Positions 27,438 to 37,651 of a stretch of 64,000 nt of DNA are shown here, piece after piece. Numbering within the stretch: the stretch's first letter is position 1; every line of letters starts with the position of its first letter. Source of the stretch: an uncultured Gammaproteobacteria bacterium (GTDB lineage: Bacteria > Patescibacteriota > Microgenomatia > UBA1406). The notes under the pieces were generated by a model. The model saw only the letters and a list, made by a program, of their open reading frames with translations, had not been told where the DNA came from and made no database searches. Position numbers and translations under genes: made by a program. The DNA lies in NCBI GenBank assembly GCA_964414145.1, contig CAYPVH010000006.1:16357-80356 (forward strand), read 5' to 3'.

Positions 27438-29141
27438 TTAGGGTTGGTAACTTACTTCTTTTATTTTAATTGAATGCATATGAATAATTTGATTGCTTTT
27501 TAATTCATTAAGAAAAGTATTGATGTTAGCAGTTGCCACACAAACTACCGAGTCGGCAGCGCCATAATAAACAAGTAGCTGATCTTTAACCTTAACCGCT
27601 CCACAAGGGTATGCAATGCCCGGTTTAAAACCGGTGTTTTCGTAGTCTTTTGTTGGCATTAAAATTGGCTGATTTGTACGATAGAGCACTTTTTCGGGCC
27701 TGTTATAATCTAGAAGCATAGCGCCAATATGGTATTTGCTAGCGTCGCGGTCATCTACGCCGTAATATATAAGCAGCCAACCGCTTTCTGTTTTTATAGG
27801 TGGTGCACCGGCGCCAATTTTACGACTGTCCCACATATCTTCCCTAACCTTTATTTGGTACTGCCCTTTCAAATATCTGTCTTTGCCTGCAAAACTTAAA
27901 TTATCTACATAATCGATTAAAATATTGGGGAAAATTCGGTGAAAAAAAACATACTTGCCGTTTACTTTTTCGGGAAGCAAACAACCGCTTTTATCAATAA
28001 CCCCGGGCCTTGAAATAAGTACCGGTTTTGACCAGTTCCAACGCTGTTTGAGAAAGTCGTCTAGATAAATATAGGTTAGGGCTAGCCGAACCGAATCCCA
28101 GCCATTAAAGGCCACATATGTCATGTAGATTTTGTTTTCAAGCAGTGTGGCTCGCGGATCTTCAACTCCGCCATAACCCCCTGCAGACATAAGATTAGGG
28201 TTAACTTTGCCCGTATCATTTGTTTCAAAACCGGCAGAGGGCTGGTAAATTGGTTTGTTAAATCGCTTTTCTATACTTACCCCGTCGCTGCTCACTGCAT
28301 AGCCAACCGATGAGATATAATCAAAACCTTGCGCTCGGTACAAAATATGAACTTTACGGTTAGCATAAACAGCAGCCGGATTAAGTGTATTAAACGCTTC
28401 CCAATCATTTTTGGGGTTTGGGGAAATAATGGGGTTATCTATATGTTTTTTTAAAGTTAATTCGCTTTTTTTAATTTGGGAAGGGTCATAAGTAAAACCA
28501 GATAAAATGATGCCAAAAATAAATTTGTTTTCAACTAACCAGTAAGTAATAATTTTACCACTAAGCATTACAACTCCTAGGGGTTTAGCGTTTTTATTTG
28601 GCCAAATATCTTTGTGATTCCAAAGTGGCTTTGTAGTTTTCCAGATTAATTTTTCGGGGTTCGTGTGGCTAAAAAGAGCAAGATAAGCCGAATAATATGT
28701 CATGCCGTTTTCAATAACTGTTTGGTAATAAAGGAGTAATATTTTATCTTTGCGTTCAAAAACCGCCCCACAACAAAGCGGGTTTGGAGCAACGATAAGC
28801 GGGTTTTGCCGCGGCTCCAATACACCATTTTTTTGGAATGCTATATTTATGCTACGGTTGCCAAAATAGGCAAATTTTTCTTTATTATTTGAATCAGCCA
28901 AAACTTCACTTAGATTTGGCAAATTTGATGGCTTTATTTCATGAGTAAATGGTTGGGTGCTTTCGGCAAAACTAAAGCCGTCGTTACTAATGGCAGTGTT
29001 TATAGAAGAGCTGCCTGTATTTTTATAATAAAGGATTACCTTGCCTTTTTTTTCGGTTATTTTGATAACAGTTATTAAAGCGCCGTTAAGAGGAGTTTCG
29101 ATGTATTTTTTTAACCTGGCTTTTATTTTTTCAATAGACAT
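27438..29141 (-). CDS. GH130-like protein with degenerate N-terminal half
   Basis: C-terminal NPA, EDPR, KIGAGAPP, YYGAAD. Confidence 0.88.
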   Translation of the reverse strand: MSIEKIKARLKKYIETPLNGALITVIKITEKKGKVILYYKNTGSSSINTAISNDGFSFAESTQPFTHEIKPSNLPNLSEVLADSNNKEKFAYFGNRSINIAFQKNGVLEPRQNPLIVAPNPLCCGAVFERKDKILLLYYQTVIENGMTYYSAYLALFSHTNPEKLIWKTTKPLWNHKDIWPNKNAKPLGVVMLSGKIITYWLVENKFIFGIILSGFTYDPSQIKKSELTLKKHIDNPIISPNPKNDWEAFNTLNPAAVYANRKVHILYRAQGFDYISSVGYAVSSDGVSIEKRFNKPIYQPSAGFETNDTGKVNPNLMSAGGYGGVEDPRATLLENKIYMTYVAFNGWDSVRLALTYIYLDDFLKQRWNWSKPVLISRPGVIDKSGCLLPEKVNGKYVFFHRIFPNILIDYVDNLSFAGKDRYLKGQYQIKVREDMWDSRKIGAGAPPIKTESGWLLIYYGVDDRDASKYHIGAMLLDYNRPEKVLYRTNQPILMPTKDYENTGFKPGIAYPCGAVKVKDQLLVYYGAADSVVCVATANINTFLNELKSNQIIHMHSIKIKEVSYQP

Positions 29142-29347
29142 TTAAATTCACAAAATACTAAAAAGTTACACCATAAAATATCATTCACACACCACACCTA
29201 ACAACTTCAAGGTGATATAAAAAGTATGGCAAAAATTTAATTTTTTGTATACCTAATGTGTCACTTTATCTGTTATATAAGCGACCGTATTTTTTATTGG
29301 AAATAATTACCAATTGTATTTTATAAAAAATTATTTATATTAATAGT

Positions 29348-30829
29348 ATGCACAACCACGATAAAGAAACCAGTAACCAAGAAAAGAGTAAAAAAAACAC
29401 TAAGTTGTTTTTAATAGCGTTTTTATTTATGTTTTTTTTAGTTACAGGCTTTGTTACAGGTATATATTTTGAATCTACAAAAACCGTAACCAAACAGGCC
29501 GGTAACAAAATGCAGTACCAGGCAGTTAATGCCGCTCACGCTTATTCGGTTGCGCTTCTTAAAACACAGGAAGTATTTGAGCTAAAAACAAACCTAAACT
29601 ACAACCAGTGGAGTGCTAAATTAAATGAAGCAATTAATCTTTGGGCAGAAGCAGAAAATGCAACAAAAAAATTGAAAGTTGAAAGTAATAATGTAATTGC
29701 CCAAAGGCAATTAATTGATAAGTACTTAAATAATTACGTTTATGCCTCTTCTGCCCAAGAAATTATTGCAGTATTTGATTCTGCCCCGGCCGGAAAAAAA
29801 CTAAGAACTCTTGCCAAACATTTAGGAACTGATGCAAAAAGAGCCAGATCAATATTAAAAAAAGCCCAAGGAGACATTGATGCCCCCTTCTATAACAACG
29901 AAGAGAAAAGATTGGAAAAACTTGAAAATGTTTGGCGCGGTTTAAAAAGTGGCAGTAAGATTGGTCTGTATGTTGGTGGCACAATATTGTCTGGCGGGGC
30001 AACTTCCACAGCCGGTACTATTCTTGCAGAAGCCGGAGCAATCTTTGGCGGAGTAGATTTGGTCTTGGAAGTTGGTGAAGATGTATCAAATATTGCCTTT
30101 GGTTATAACAGCGAGGCTGTGGCACTGTTTAGCGGAATAAGAAAATTATCAGAACCAACAGCAACAATAATTGGTTTTGGTAATATAGGAGCCTCTTCTA
30201 CATTCGACAAACTAAGTAGCTTTATGTTTGGTGCCGAGCAAATCAATGCAGCAATTCAAGAAAATAAGTATATGGGTTTAGCTATTGACTTTAATAACAT
30301 GGCCGTTAAAGTTGAAGGTTTAAATGAAGGCCAAGCAAAAGCATGGTTAAAAGAGCAAAATATAAGCGAAAACCCAGGCAATCCAGAGTTAATTTTAGCA
30401 AACGTTGAAAATGCTTTGGTAAAAAGCATATCACCTACCCTTTCCCAAAACAAAGATAATACTTTAAGTAACAATGAAAAAGAAGAAGATAACCTAGCAG
30501 TTAAACCCAGTGGTAAGTGCAATATTTTGGGTAAGTGGAAATTAATAACTACAGTTGCTGCAAATAGTACCGTTAATGAAGGCGCCGATTGGGGCGAGGT
30601 ATTTATAGAATTTTTTGAAAACGGAGTATTAACGGCAACCGCACATGTTAATGGTGAAACCGCATCTAACAGCGGCAAATATCGATTTCAAGGTTGTGAA
30701 GGATCAATCGCATCCACAACAGATAACGCTGATAGTAATTTAGTAATTAAAGACGGAAAACTATACCAGTATATAAAAGTTATGGGGACAGGACTGTCTC
30801 ACAAGTGGATTTATGAAAAAGTTAATTAA
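29348..30829 (+). CDS. Membrane-anchored hypothetical protein
   Basis: N-terminal TM, Gly-rich hydrophobic middle, ILGKWKL beta-rich C-terminus. Confidence 0.7.
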   Translation: MHNHDKETSNQEKSKKNTKLFLIAFLFMFFLVTGFVTGIYFESTKTVTKQAGNKMQYQAVNAAHAYSVALLKTQEVFELKTNLNYNQWSAKLNEAINLWAEAENATKKLKVESNNVIAQRQLIDKYLNNYVYASSAQEIIAVFDSAPAGKKLRTLAKHLGTDAKRARSILKKAQGDIDAPFYNNEEKRLEKLENVWRGLKSGSKIGLYVGGTILSGGATSTAGTILAEAGAIFGGVDLVLEVGEDVSNIAFGYNSEAVALFSGIRKLSEPTATIIGFGNIGASSTFDKLSSFMFGAEQINAAIQENKYMGLAIDFNNMAVKVEGLNEGQAKAWLKEQNISENPGNPELILANVENALVKSISPTLSQNKDNTLSNNEKEEDNLAVKPSGKCNILGKWKLITTVAANSTVNEGADWGEVFIEFFENGVLTATAHVNGETASNSGKYRFQGCEGSIASTTDNADSNLVIKDGKLYQYIKVMGTGLSHKWIYEKVN

Positions 30830-31847
30830 AAATTTTGCCTTAACGGTTTTTATTGTGCTTTTGTTTACCACTGCTTTCTTTGGGGGGAAAGCCTTGGGGC
30901 ACTTTGCCTACTACCCTCTTTTTAGTAAACAAGCAACCGTGAATACTGAACCTGTTAAAAATCAAGTTACAAGCAGCAACGCTAAACCAACAATAACCAA
31001 AGCGGTTTCGGAAACGACAACATATACAAATGAAAATTATGGCTTTTCGCTTGAGATGACACGAAATTGGCAAGATTATAAAGCAGAAGAAGAGTTACTT
31101 GGTGGGGTCTTTAATATTGCCGAGGTATATTTTATGTTAGAAAACCAAAAACTATTCTCACTTTCTGTTTTTTTAAAAGAGAGTTGGGAAGAACCGGAAC
31201 GTGACAGATCCAAAGACGACCTGTTTGGAGAAAAAATTGGTGAAAATGATACGTATGTATTTCTATATTCTCACATAAACGGTGACCCTCCCAAAAATGT
31301 TTCTGTTTTGGCAATACAAGATATGAGTAAAATAGCAAGCAGTATTAAAACATTCGCCCCAACAAATTTTGAACCAGATAAGAATGAAGCAACCGAAAAC
31401 GAACTTGAATTGTTAGCTACAGATTACAGAAATAACTCAATCAATTACTGGAATTGTAGTTACCGATATTCACTTTATTACCCGTCTAGTTTTACCAATA
31501 ATGATGCCACTTTTGAATCTAGTAAAGCTGTATTTTCGGGAACTAATATATTTGCGTCGGTTGAAGCCCACACCAGTAGTGAAACACTAACGGATTTTGC
31601 AGATAATACGGTTACTAGAATCGGCGGTGAAATAGTAGACACTAGAAATAAAGAAAGATACGGAACAAAAATAATTGCTTACGAAATGACAAATCCCGAT
31701 ATGGCTTTAATATTTTGGCAAGAGGAACAAAATATAATGGAATTTAGAATTTGGGGTAGTGAATATATAAATAACCAAGACATTGTACAAAACATGATAA
31801 CTACCCTGGAATTTAATGTAGATAATTCAAACTGTAGAGACTTTTAA
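30813..31847 (+). CDS. Membrane-anchored protein with PsbP-like repeats
   Basis: N-terminal TM; TYTNENYGFSL and YWNCSYRYSLYYP repeats. Confidence 0.65.
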   Translation: MKKLIKNFALTVFIVLLFTTAFFGGKALGHFAYYPLFSKQATVNTEPVKNQVTSSNAKPTITKAVSETTTYTNENYGFSLEMTRNWQDYKAEEELLGGVFNIAEVYFMLENQKLFSLSVFLKESWEEPERDRSKDDLFGEKIGENDTYVFLYSHINGDPPKNVSVLAIQDMSKIASSIKTFAPTNFEPDKNEATENELELLATDYRNNSINYWNCSYRYSLYYPSSFTNNDATFESSKAVFSGTNIFASVEAHTSSETLTDFADNTVTRIGGEIVDTRNKERYGTKIIAYEMTNPDMALIFWQEEQNIMEFRIWGSEYINNQDIVQNMITTLEFNVDNSNCRDF

Positions 31848-31913
31848 TTTATATAAAGCCTAATATTAATTAATTAATGCATAGGAAAAGAGCAAATACT
31901 GAAGGTTGTGAAG

Positions 31914-32594
31914 TTACGGACAGCGAGCAGACTTTGTGTAACCAGCAGCTTTAGCCTGTTTTTCTGAACAAAACCACTGCTCTCCCTTATCTTGTTCAAC
32001 AACTGTGGTTTTGTAGTGGACACAACCAGGAATGTAGTAAATTTTGTTATTAACCTTGCCATCAGCAAAATTGCCTTTAATATTGCAATTTAAATTAGGT
32101 GGCTTAGTATGAATGCATTCACTCCAAACGCCAAGCTTTTTTACTTTAGCCACGTCGGCCAGTCTTTTAAGCTCGCTAGCTTGAGGATTAGTATCGTGAT
32201 GATACCTAACCCAACCACTTTTTAACATCTCCGCGTTTAAGAGAGTATTGCCTACATAAACAAGGGCCATTGGCCTGCCTTTCTGATCTATAATACGTTC
32301 CCTTATATCTACATTATTTTTGCCAATTTGTTTTTCAAGTAAAGCTTTAGCTTGACTACCGCCACAGTTTTCCAATTCTGGTGCGTCCAGATTACGCAAT
32401 CTTAAACGGACTTTGTTTTCAAGAACAATTGTGTCACCATCTAAGACTGCCAAAATAGCATATTCGCCGGTCTTTTTTTTATTAACACTTGCCCCAATTT
32501 TCAAAAACATAAAAATGTTAAGAATGATTGAGGGAATAAGGAACATAATAAGAATAAGGGAAGTACTTGGTAATTTGGTTTCTTTTTTTGGCAC
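31914..32594 (-). CDS. Thermonuclease (SNase) family protein
   Basis: VLDGDTI, RLRNLDAPE, DQKGR; C-terminal CNIKGN...WFCSE..A..AG. Confidence 0.9.
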   Translation of the reverse strand: MPKKETKLPSTSLILIMFLIPSIILNIFMFLKIGASVNKKKTGEYAILAVLDGDTIVLENKVRLRLRNLDAPELENCGGSQAKALLEKQIGKNNVDIRERIIDQKGRPMALVYVGNTLLNAEMLKSGWVRYHHDTNPQASELKRLADVAKVKKLGVWSECIHTKPPNLNCNIKGNFADGKVNNKIYYIPGCVHYKTTVVEQDKGEQWFCSEKQAKAAGYTKSARCP

Positions 32595-32767
32595 TGATTA
32601 ATCATAACAATTTTATAGATTCTTTTGTATGCTACTAATCTATATTGTATTATTAAATCTGTATATATAAGCACAGGCAATATTGAGAAAAGGTTGCTGA
32701 GCAATAATTTAAATAACTACCAACCACCTTTAAACAGAACTTAGTATTTTGATATATTATTATTATT

Positions 32768-32938
32768 ATGAAAAATAATTGCGGGGCCGGAGCCGTATAT
32801 GGCTTGGGCTTTATTGGCGCAGCAATTTACTACATTCAACAAGCCGCCAGTTTTGGTGAAGGTGTGCTAGGTGTGCTGAAGGCACTTGTGTGGCCAGCTA
32901 TGCTGGTACACAAATTGCTTGGATTTTTAGGAATGTAG
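32768..32938 (+). CDS. Small membrane protein (56 aa), not in ORF track
   Basis: MKNNCGAGAVYGLGFIGAAIYYIQQAASFGEGVLGVLKALVWPAMLVHKLLGFLGM; GC-richer coding-like tract in AT-rich context. Confidence 0.75.
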   Translation: MKNNCGAGAVYGLGFIGAAIYYIQQAASFGEGVLGVLKALVWPAMLVHKLLGFLGM

Positions 32939-32944
32939 TAAATT

Positions 32945-33152
32945 AAATTGCTGCATTGCTTCATTGTTACATTGCTAAAGACAATATATAATAGACAATA
33001 TTCAAAATTCATTATAAATGCACAGATGCATTTCTGATTTCTATTACTATTTTCTCATATCCAAAAACTAACTTCTTATTTATTAACTCTAAATTTTCTG
33101 TGATGGGATCCTTCGACTCGTCCGCCGGCTGGCGGACTCGCTCAGGATGACG
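32945..33152 (+). repeat. Intergenic repeat cluster (8-mer CATTGY repeats, module X, REP-like GGGATCCTTCG...CAGGATGAC with nested hairpin)
   Basis: Shared blocks with 36260-36385, 39783-39853 and 39935-40075. Confidence 0.75.
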
Positions 33153-33221
33153 TGGGAATACTTAAACAGGCACATTTCAATACAATTGTGTGTATTTTAT
33201 GTGTATGATATAATTTTTACT

Positions 33222-33956
33222 ATGAGTTTTATTAAGGAGTCACGTCCCTTGCCAATCAATCCGATGGATACAAAAAATCGTGTTTTATATCCATTAATAG
33301 ATACTAGTTGCAAAGCTACTCATCTTACTTCATACAATCCACTTACCACAGAGGTAAGAGTTGTCGATAACGTCGTTATTTGGGCTAAACAACAAATTGA
33401 ATTGGCAAATGGTATTGAAATATTACATATATACGCAGAAAACTGTGAGTTACCAATTGTAGCAACGACAATACATCTACCTGACATGGATGACCTTGGT
33501 ATTTCGGAAATTAGTATTCGGCGTGCTTGTCTGGAAAATGAAGTTCAATTTACAATTTATTTCACAATAAAAATAGATGCTGTGGTAAATGCAACTCAAG
33601 GCACTGCTATACCTTCAACATTGCAAAACCACTGCTGGGGAGTTGCCGTAGATTTAACCGGTAATAAAAGATTTATTTGGAATCAAGACCAGAAAGGTAC
33701 CCCCCTTGCCAACTGTTTTGAAGTATGTGGAAATACACCCCAAGGCAGGCAAGTAAATACACTAATTAGCCACTTTTTACCTGAAATAGAAGAAGAAAAT
33801 GATTATATAACTTTGAACTTTACAACAAACGGACAAGTAATAAAAGTTGTGCTTCCAGTAAAACCTACAGAAACTAAAACTGTTGCCGAAGCAATTTTTA
33901 GTGGAAGGCCAATGGTAGAAAACACTGGAATAAACACACATAAATCTCACCAATAA
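33222..33956 (+). CDS. Hypothetical protein
   Basis: Long ORF; ATG 33222 after TATAAT preferred over 33147, which lies in a repeat. Confidence 0.6.
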   Translation: MSFIKESRPLPINPMDTKNRVLYPLIDTSCKATHLTSYNPLTTEVRVVDNVVIWAKQQIELANGIEILHIYAENCELPIVATTIHLPDMDDLGISEISIRRACLENEVQFTIYFTIKIDAVVNATQGTAIPSTLQNHCWGVAVDLTGNKRFIWNQDQKGTPLANCFEVCGNTPQGRQVNTLISHFLPEIEEENDYITLNFTTNGQVIKVVLPVKPTETKTVAEAIFSGRPMVENTGINTHKSHQ

Positions 33957-34031
33957 TATGTCTATAAAAAGTCACATAATAGTAAGTATTAGTCTTACAT
34001 AAAAATTACATATTCCAAATAAAATATAAAC

Positions 34032-34808
34032 ATGGTAGTAGAACAAGAAATTAGTTTAGATCGATATCTAGACACCGTAAGAAACTACGCAAATGGTATT
34101 GTAGTAGAAAGAGATACTTTTTCGGAGTTAAAAAAACTCAGATCTCCAGATAGTCGTTATTACACCTACGTACAGCCGAGTGCAAACGGATTAGGCAACA
34201 CATATATTACTTTGCTAGAAGAAGATGATAGCTTAAGGATCGTCGGAGCAAAACAAACAACCCCATACTGGCCAGGCGCACCTTATTCAGCTGTATATAT
34301 ATATGGTACACATGGTAATGTTTTAGAAGCTTCATTAGTTATTCCAAGAACAAAAGGTGGGTTAACAAACGAGGTTGTTGTTGCCAATCATATAGTTACA
34401 CAAAATAGTGTTAAAAATAGTGTTTTTCTTTCGTTGGCTGACCACTTACAAATATGGGAATTACTTGATTTGGAACAAAAAAAGAGATATCGTGATTCCT
34501 CTTTAATAGGAAGTGGTTGGTACTTAGAAGGTGTAATGGTAGATAATGAAGTAATATGGAAACTATTAAAAATAACAGGAAGGCATAATGTTAAGTTTAA
34601 TATAGGACTCGAAAACCTAGACCGAGCAGGGCTACTTAGCCATTTACCAGAAGTAACTCAAAACGGTGTTGTTTTAAACGTTTTACACACAAGCCCAATT
34701 CAAACAGCAAACATTACCCTTCCAACTGGTACTCCAAATATAAGAGAAGCCATATTAGGTCAAACTCCACTTGTGCCAAACAAGGTTCTAATTACAGGAA
34801 ATGGCTAA
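34032..34808 (+). CDS. Hypothetical protein, possible distant paralog of the upstream gene
   Basis: 258 aa; shared C-terminal SH.LPE...LP...EAI...P.V pattern. Confidence 0.6.
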   Translation: MVVEQEISLDRYLDTVRNYANGIVVERDTFSELKKLRSPDSRYYTYVQPSANGLGNTYITLLEEDDSLRIVGAKQTTPYWPGAPYSAVYIYGTHGNVLEASLVIPRTKGGLTNEVVVANHIVTQNSVKNSVFLSLADHLQIWELLDLEQKKRYRDSSLIGSGWYLEGVMVDNEVIWKLLKITGRHNVKFNIGLENLDRAGLLSHLPEVTQNGVVLNVLHTSPIQTANITLPTGTPNIREAILGQTPLVPNKVLITGNG

Positions 34809-34869
34809 TTTATTTCCTTACTACATAAGAATTTTATATTATAAAGGATAATTGCTATACTAGCCCTAT

Positions 34870-36057
34870 ATGAATACACAAATTAAGTGCCCGTATTGCC
34901 ATAAACAATTTGAACCAACAGACGCTTACAAACACGAACTAGAAGAAAAATTATTAAGAGAAGAGCAAGAAAAACACAAAAAAGAACTTGAAAAACTAGC
35001 GGCAGAAAAAGAAGAACTGGCAAAGTCGAGAACTGAAGAAATTGAAAAAATAAAAAAACAAGTAGCCGAAACCGCCAAACAAGAAGCAAAAGAAAACTTA
35101 GACAAAGAATTAAAAGACAAAGAAAACCAAATTCTTTCTTTAAAAAAGCGGGCTGAGGCGGCAGAAGAAATAGAGCTTAAAGTAAGAAAAGAAAAACGTG
35201 AATTTGAAGAGTCGAAACGAAAGTTTGAACTTGAAAAACAAAGACAATTAGATGAGGAGAGGGAAAAAATTAGAGCTAAAGCCACCAAAGAAGCCGAAGA
35301 AGGCCAAGCTTTAAAAATTGCCGAGAAAGATAAAAAACTGTCGGACGCTGAAAAACAGATTCTTGAGTTACAACGAAAGATAAGGCAAGGTTCGCAACAA
35401 ACTCAGGGTGAGGTAATGGAGTTGGAAATTGAAAACATATTACGAGCTGAATTCCCCCTAGATAATATAGTCGAAGTTAAGAAAGGTCAGCGTGGTGCCG
35501 ACATATTGCAAAACGTTGTAGACAAGAAAGGCAGGAAATGCGGTGGTATATTATGGGAAAGCAAGAATGCAAAGTGGAGCCAGGGGTGGATAAGTAAATT
35601 AAAAGAAGACCAACGCCAGGCTAAAGCTCAATTGGCGGTTTTAATTGTAACCAACCCACCAGAAGACATAAAGGGTTTTGTTTTTAGAGAAGGCATTTGG
35701 GTAACTACTTGGAAGTTAGTAGTCCCGCTTGCTATGGCACTAAGATTTAATTTGGTTAATATGTTTCATGAAAAAGCAATTTCGGTAGGTAAAAACGAAA
35801 AAATGGAAGTACTTTACCAATACCTAACCAGCGTTGAATTTAAACACAGAGTTGAGGGTATTGTTGAAGCTTTTGGTTACTTGCAAACAGACATTGAACG
35901 GGAAAAAAGATGGTTTCAGACCAAATGGGCACGCCAAGAAAAAGAACTAAGAAAAGTAATAGATCACACACAGGGAATGTATGGCGACCTTCAGGGCGTG
36001 ATGGGAAGGGCTTTGCCTGAAATAAAATCTTTGGAATTACCAGGAAAAGAAGAATAA
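34870..36057 (+). CDS. DUF2130 family protein
   Basis: IKCPYC, coiled coil, QGEVMELE, FPLD, GAD, ILWESK. Confidence 0.88.
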   Translation: MNTQIKCPYCHKQFEPTDAYKHELEEKLLREEQEKHKKELEKLAAEKEELAKSRTEEIEKIKKQVAETAKQEAKENLDKELKDKENQILSLKKRAEAAEEIELKVRKEKREFEESKRKFELEKQRQLDEEREKIRAKATKEAEEGQALKIAEKDKKLSDAEKQILELQRKIRQGSQQTQGEVMELEIENILRAEFPLDNIVEVKKGQRGADILQNVVDKKGRKCGGILWESKNAKWSQGWISKLKEDQRQAKAQLAVLIVTNPPEDIKGFVFREGIWVTTWKLVVPLAMALRFNLVNMFHEKAISVGKNEKMEVLYQYLTSVEFKHRVEGIVEAFGYLQTDIEREKRWFQTKWARQEKELRKVIDHTQGMYGDLQGVMGRALPEIKSLELPGKEE

Positions 36058-36062
36058 AAACA

Positions 36063-36500
36063 AAATAAGCACCAAACTTCAAAAAACAATTTCCAAACAA
36101 ATAACAAATCCCAATTTATAAACATCAAGCTAATTAAGAATCTTGGAATTTGTAAATATAAATAGACACATTCTAAATCCGAAGATCGAAATCCACCGAT
36201 TCGGTGGACAGGTCCGAAATAATATTAAAGTACCAAGCACCAAAAAACAAAAACCAAAAAATGTTTCACTGTTACATTGCTTCATTGTTGAAAACTAAAA
36301 CAGAAATCCATTCTCTACTATCTAATTTCTATTACTATTTTCCTGCTTTCTAGAAACTAATTTCTTATTTATAAACTATAAACTTCAAACACAAACCAGT
36401 ATTTTTTCTATTTTAAAACTTTGTTATTTGAATTTGATTTGATGTTTGTGTAATTTGTTATTTGTGAATTTCTTAATTGTTTCGGATTTCGAGTTTGGTG
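36063..36500 (+). repeat. Intergenic repeat cluster (module Y, CAGG hairpin, module X)
   Basis: AAATAAGCACCAA...AATTTCCAAACAAAT at 36063; CAGAAATCCATTCTCTACTA...ATTACTATTTTC at 36301. Confidence 0.8.
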
Positions 36501-37042
36501 CTTCGAGTTTTGCATTGCTGAGGATGGCATTTACTACAACACGGGCCATATTTATCGGCTGCACCTAATTCTATTTGTTTTTCCTTAATTACTTTTGAAT
36601 ACGAGTGCTCTGCCCTTTTCCCACAAAAGTCACAAACAGCATATAGTTGAATAAACTCATCAGCTTGTTTTGATAAAGGCAGAGTTGCCCCAAAAGGTTT
36701 TTTGTTACTGTCGTATAAAAGCCCTGCTGCAATAACATTAATCCCTTTTTTTAACAGTTTTTTAATTTGTGGTTTAATAGCACTATATTTAAAAAAATTT
36801 AGCTCGTCAATAAAAACCGATTTTATTTGATTACTTACCGCCGGAAAAACCGGATCTGTACTGTTTAAGTTTACTGCCTTAATTGACTGCCCGTTGTGAG
36901 TAACGCATTTATTGGTGCTATAGCGAGTATCAATATTAGGTTTAAAAAATAAATAGCTTTTGTGGGGTAGTTTGTTGGCAAAATCTATTAAATATGTAGT
37001 TTTACCGGCAAACATTGGTCCACCAATTATTGTTAGCATCAA
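36473..37042 (-). CDS. tdk: Thymidine kinase
   Basis: GPMFAGKTT, FKPNIDTRY, IDE, zinc-binding CDFCG and CSKCH. Confidence 0.92.
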   Translation of the reverse strand: MMLTIIGGPMFAGKTTYLIDFANKLPHKSYLFFKPNIDTRYSTNKCVTHNGQSIKAVNLNSTDPVFPAVSNQIKSVFIDELNFFKYSAIKPQIKKLLKKGINVIAAGLLYDSNKKPFGATLPLSKQADEFIQLYAVCDFCGKRAEHSYSKVIKEKQIELGAADKYGPCCSKCHPQQCKTRSTKLEIRNN

Positions 37043-37089
37043 ATAATTCTATAACAGCAGAATATATTTTGATAAACTAATTTTTATTA

Positions 37090-37614
37090 ATGAATAATAT
37101 CAGTCACTATTTTTACCCTCTATACCAAAGATTCGAACAAGAATTTTTTGTAACCTTATAAAGGGCGGTAAAAGAAGATTATCATTTTGTTGGTACGAAT
37201 GAGGATAAAGAGTATTTTTTAAAAGCACTGCTCTGTTTTCAGGTTGCTAAAGATTACCGAACTCCACTGGAAGCTGTAAAAAATCATTTATCACCTGAAA
37301 CTGATATCGCCCAAATTAATAAACAGGTAAAAGAGCAAGGTTTTAATATTGATTCTTCTTGGGTCATATGGAGCAGTGATTTAGAACTTATAAAATTAGC
37401 TAAACAAATATATAAATCTAAACTTGATATTAACGGAAGCAGTGCTGAATTTGATGAATTTGTACTTCGCTATTTGATTTCTGCTTGGTTAGTTGCCTGG
37501 CAAGGACCACTTTTTATGATTTTGAAAAATATCATTGGAAACAAGGGTAACGTTAACTTAAAAACACTTAACGGACTGATGAAAAAGTGGGACTTTACTA
37601 ATATATTTAGTTAG
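37090..37614 (+). pseudogene. 175-codon frame with one premature TAA at codon 24
   Basis: ATG 37090, TAA 37159-37161, frame then open to TAG 37612-37614. Confidence 0.7.
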
Positions 37615-37651
37615 TATATACTGATACTATTAGTAGTTTGTATTTTTAAAT

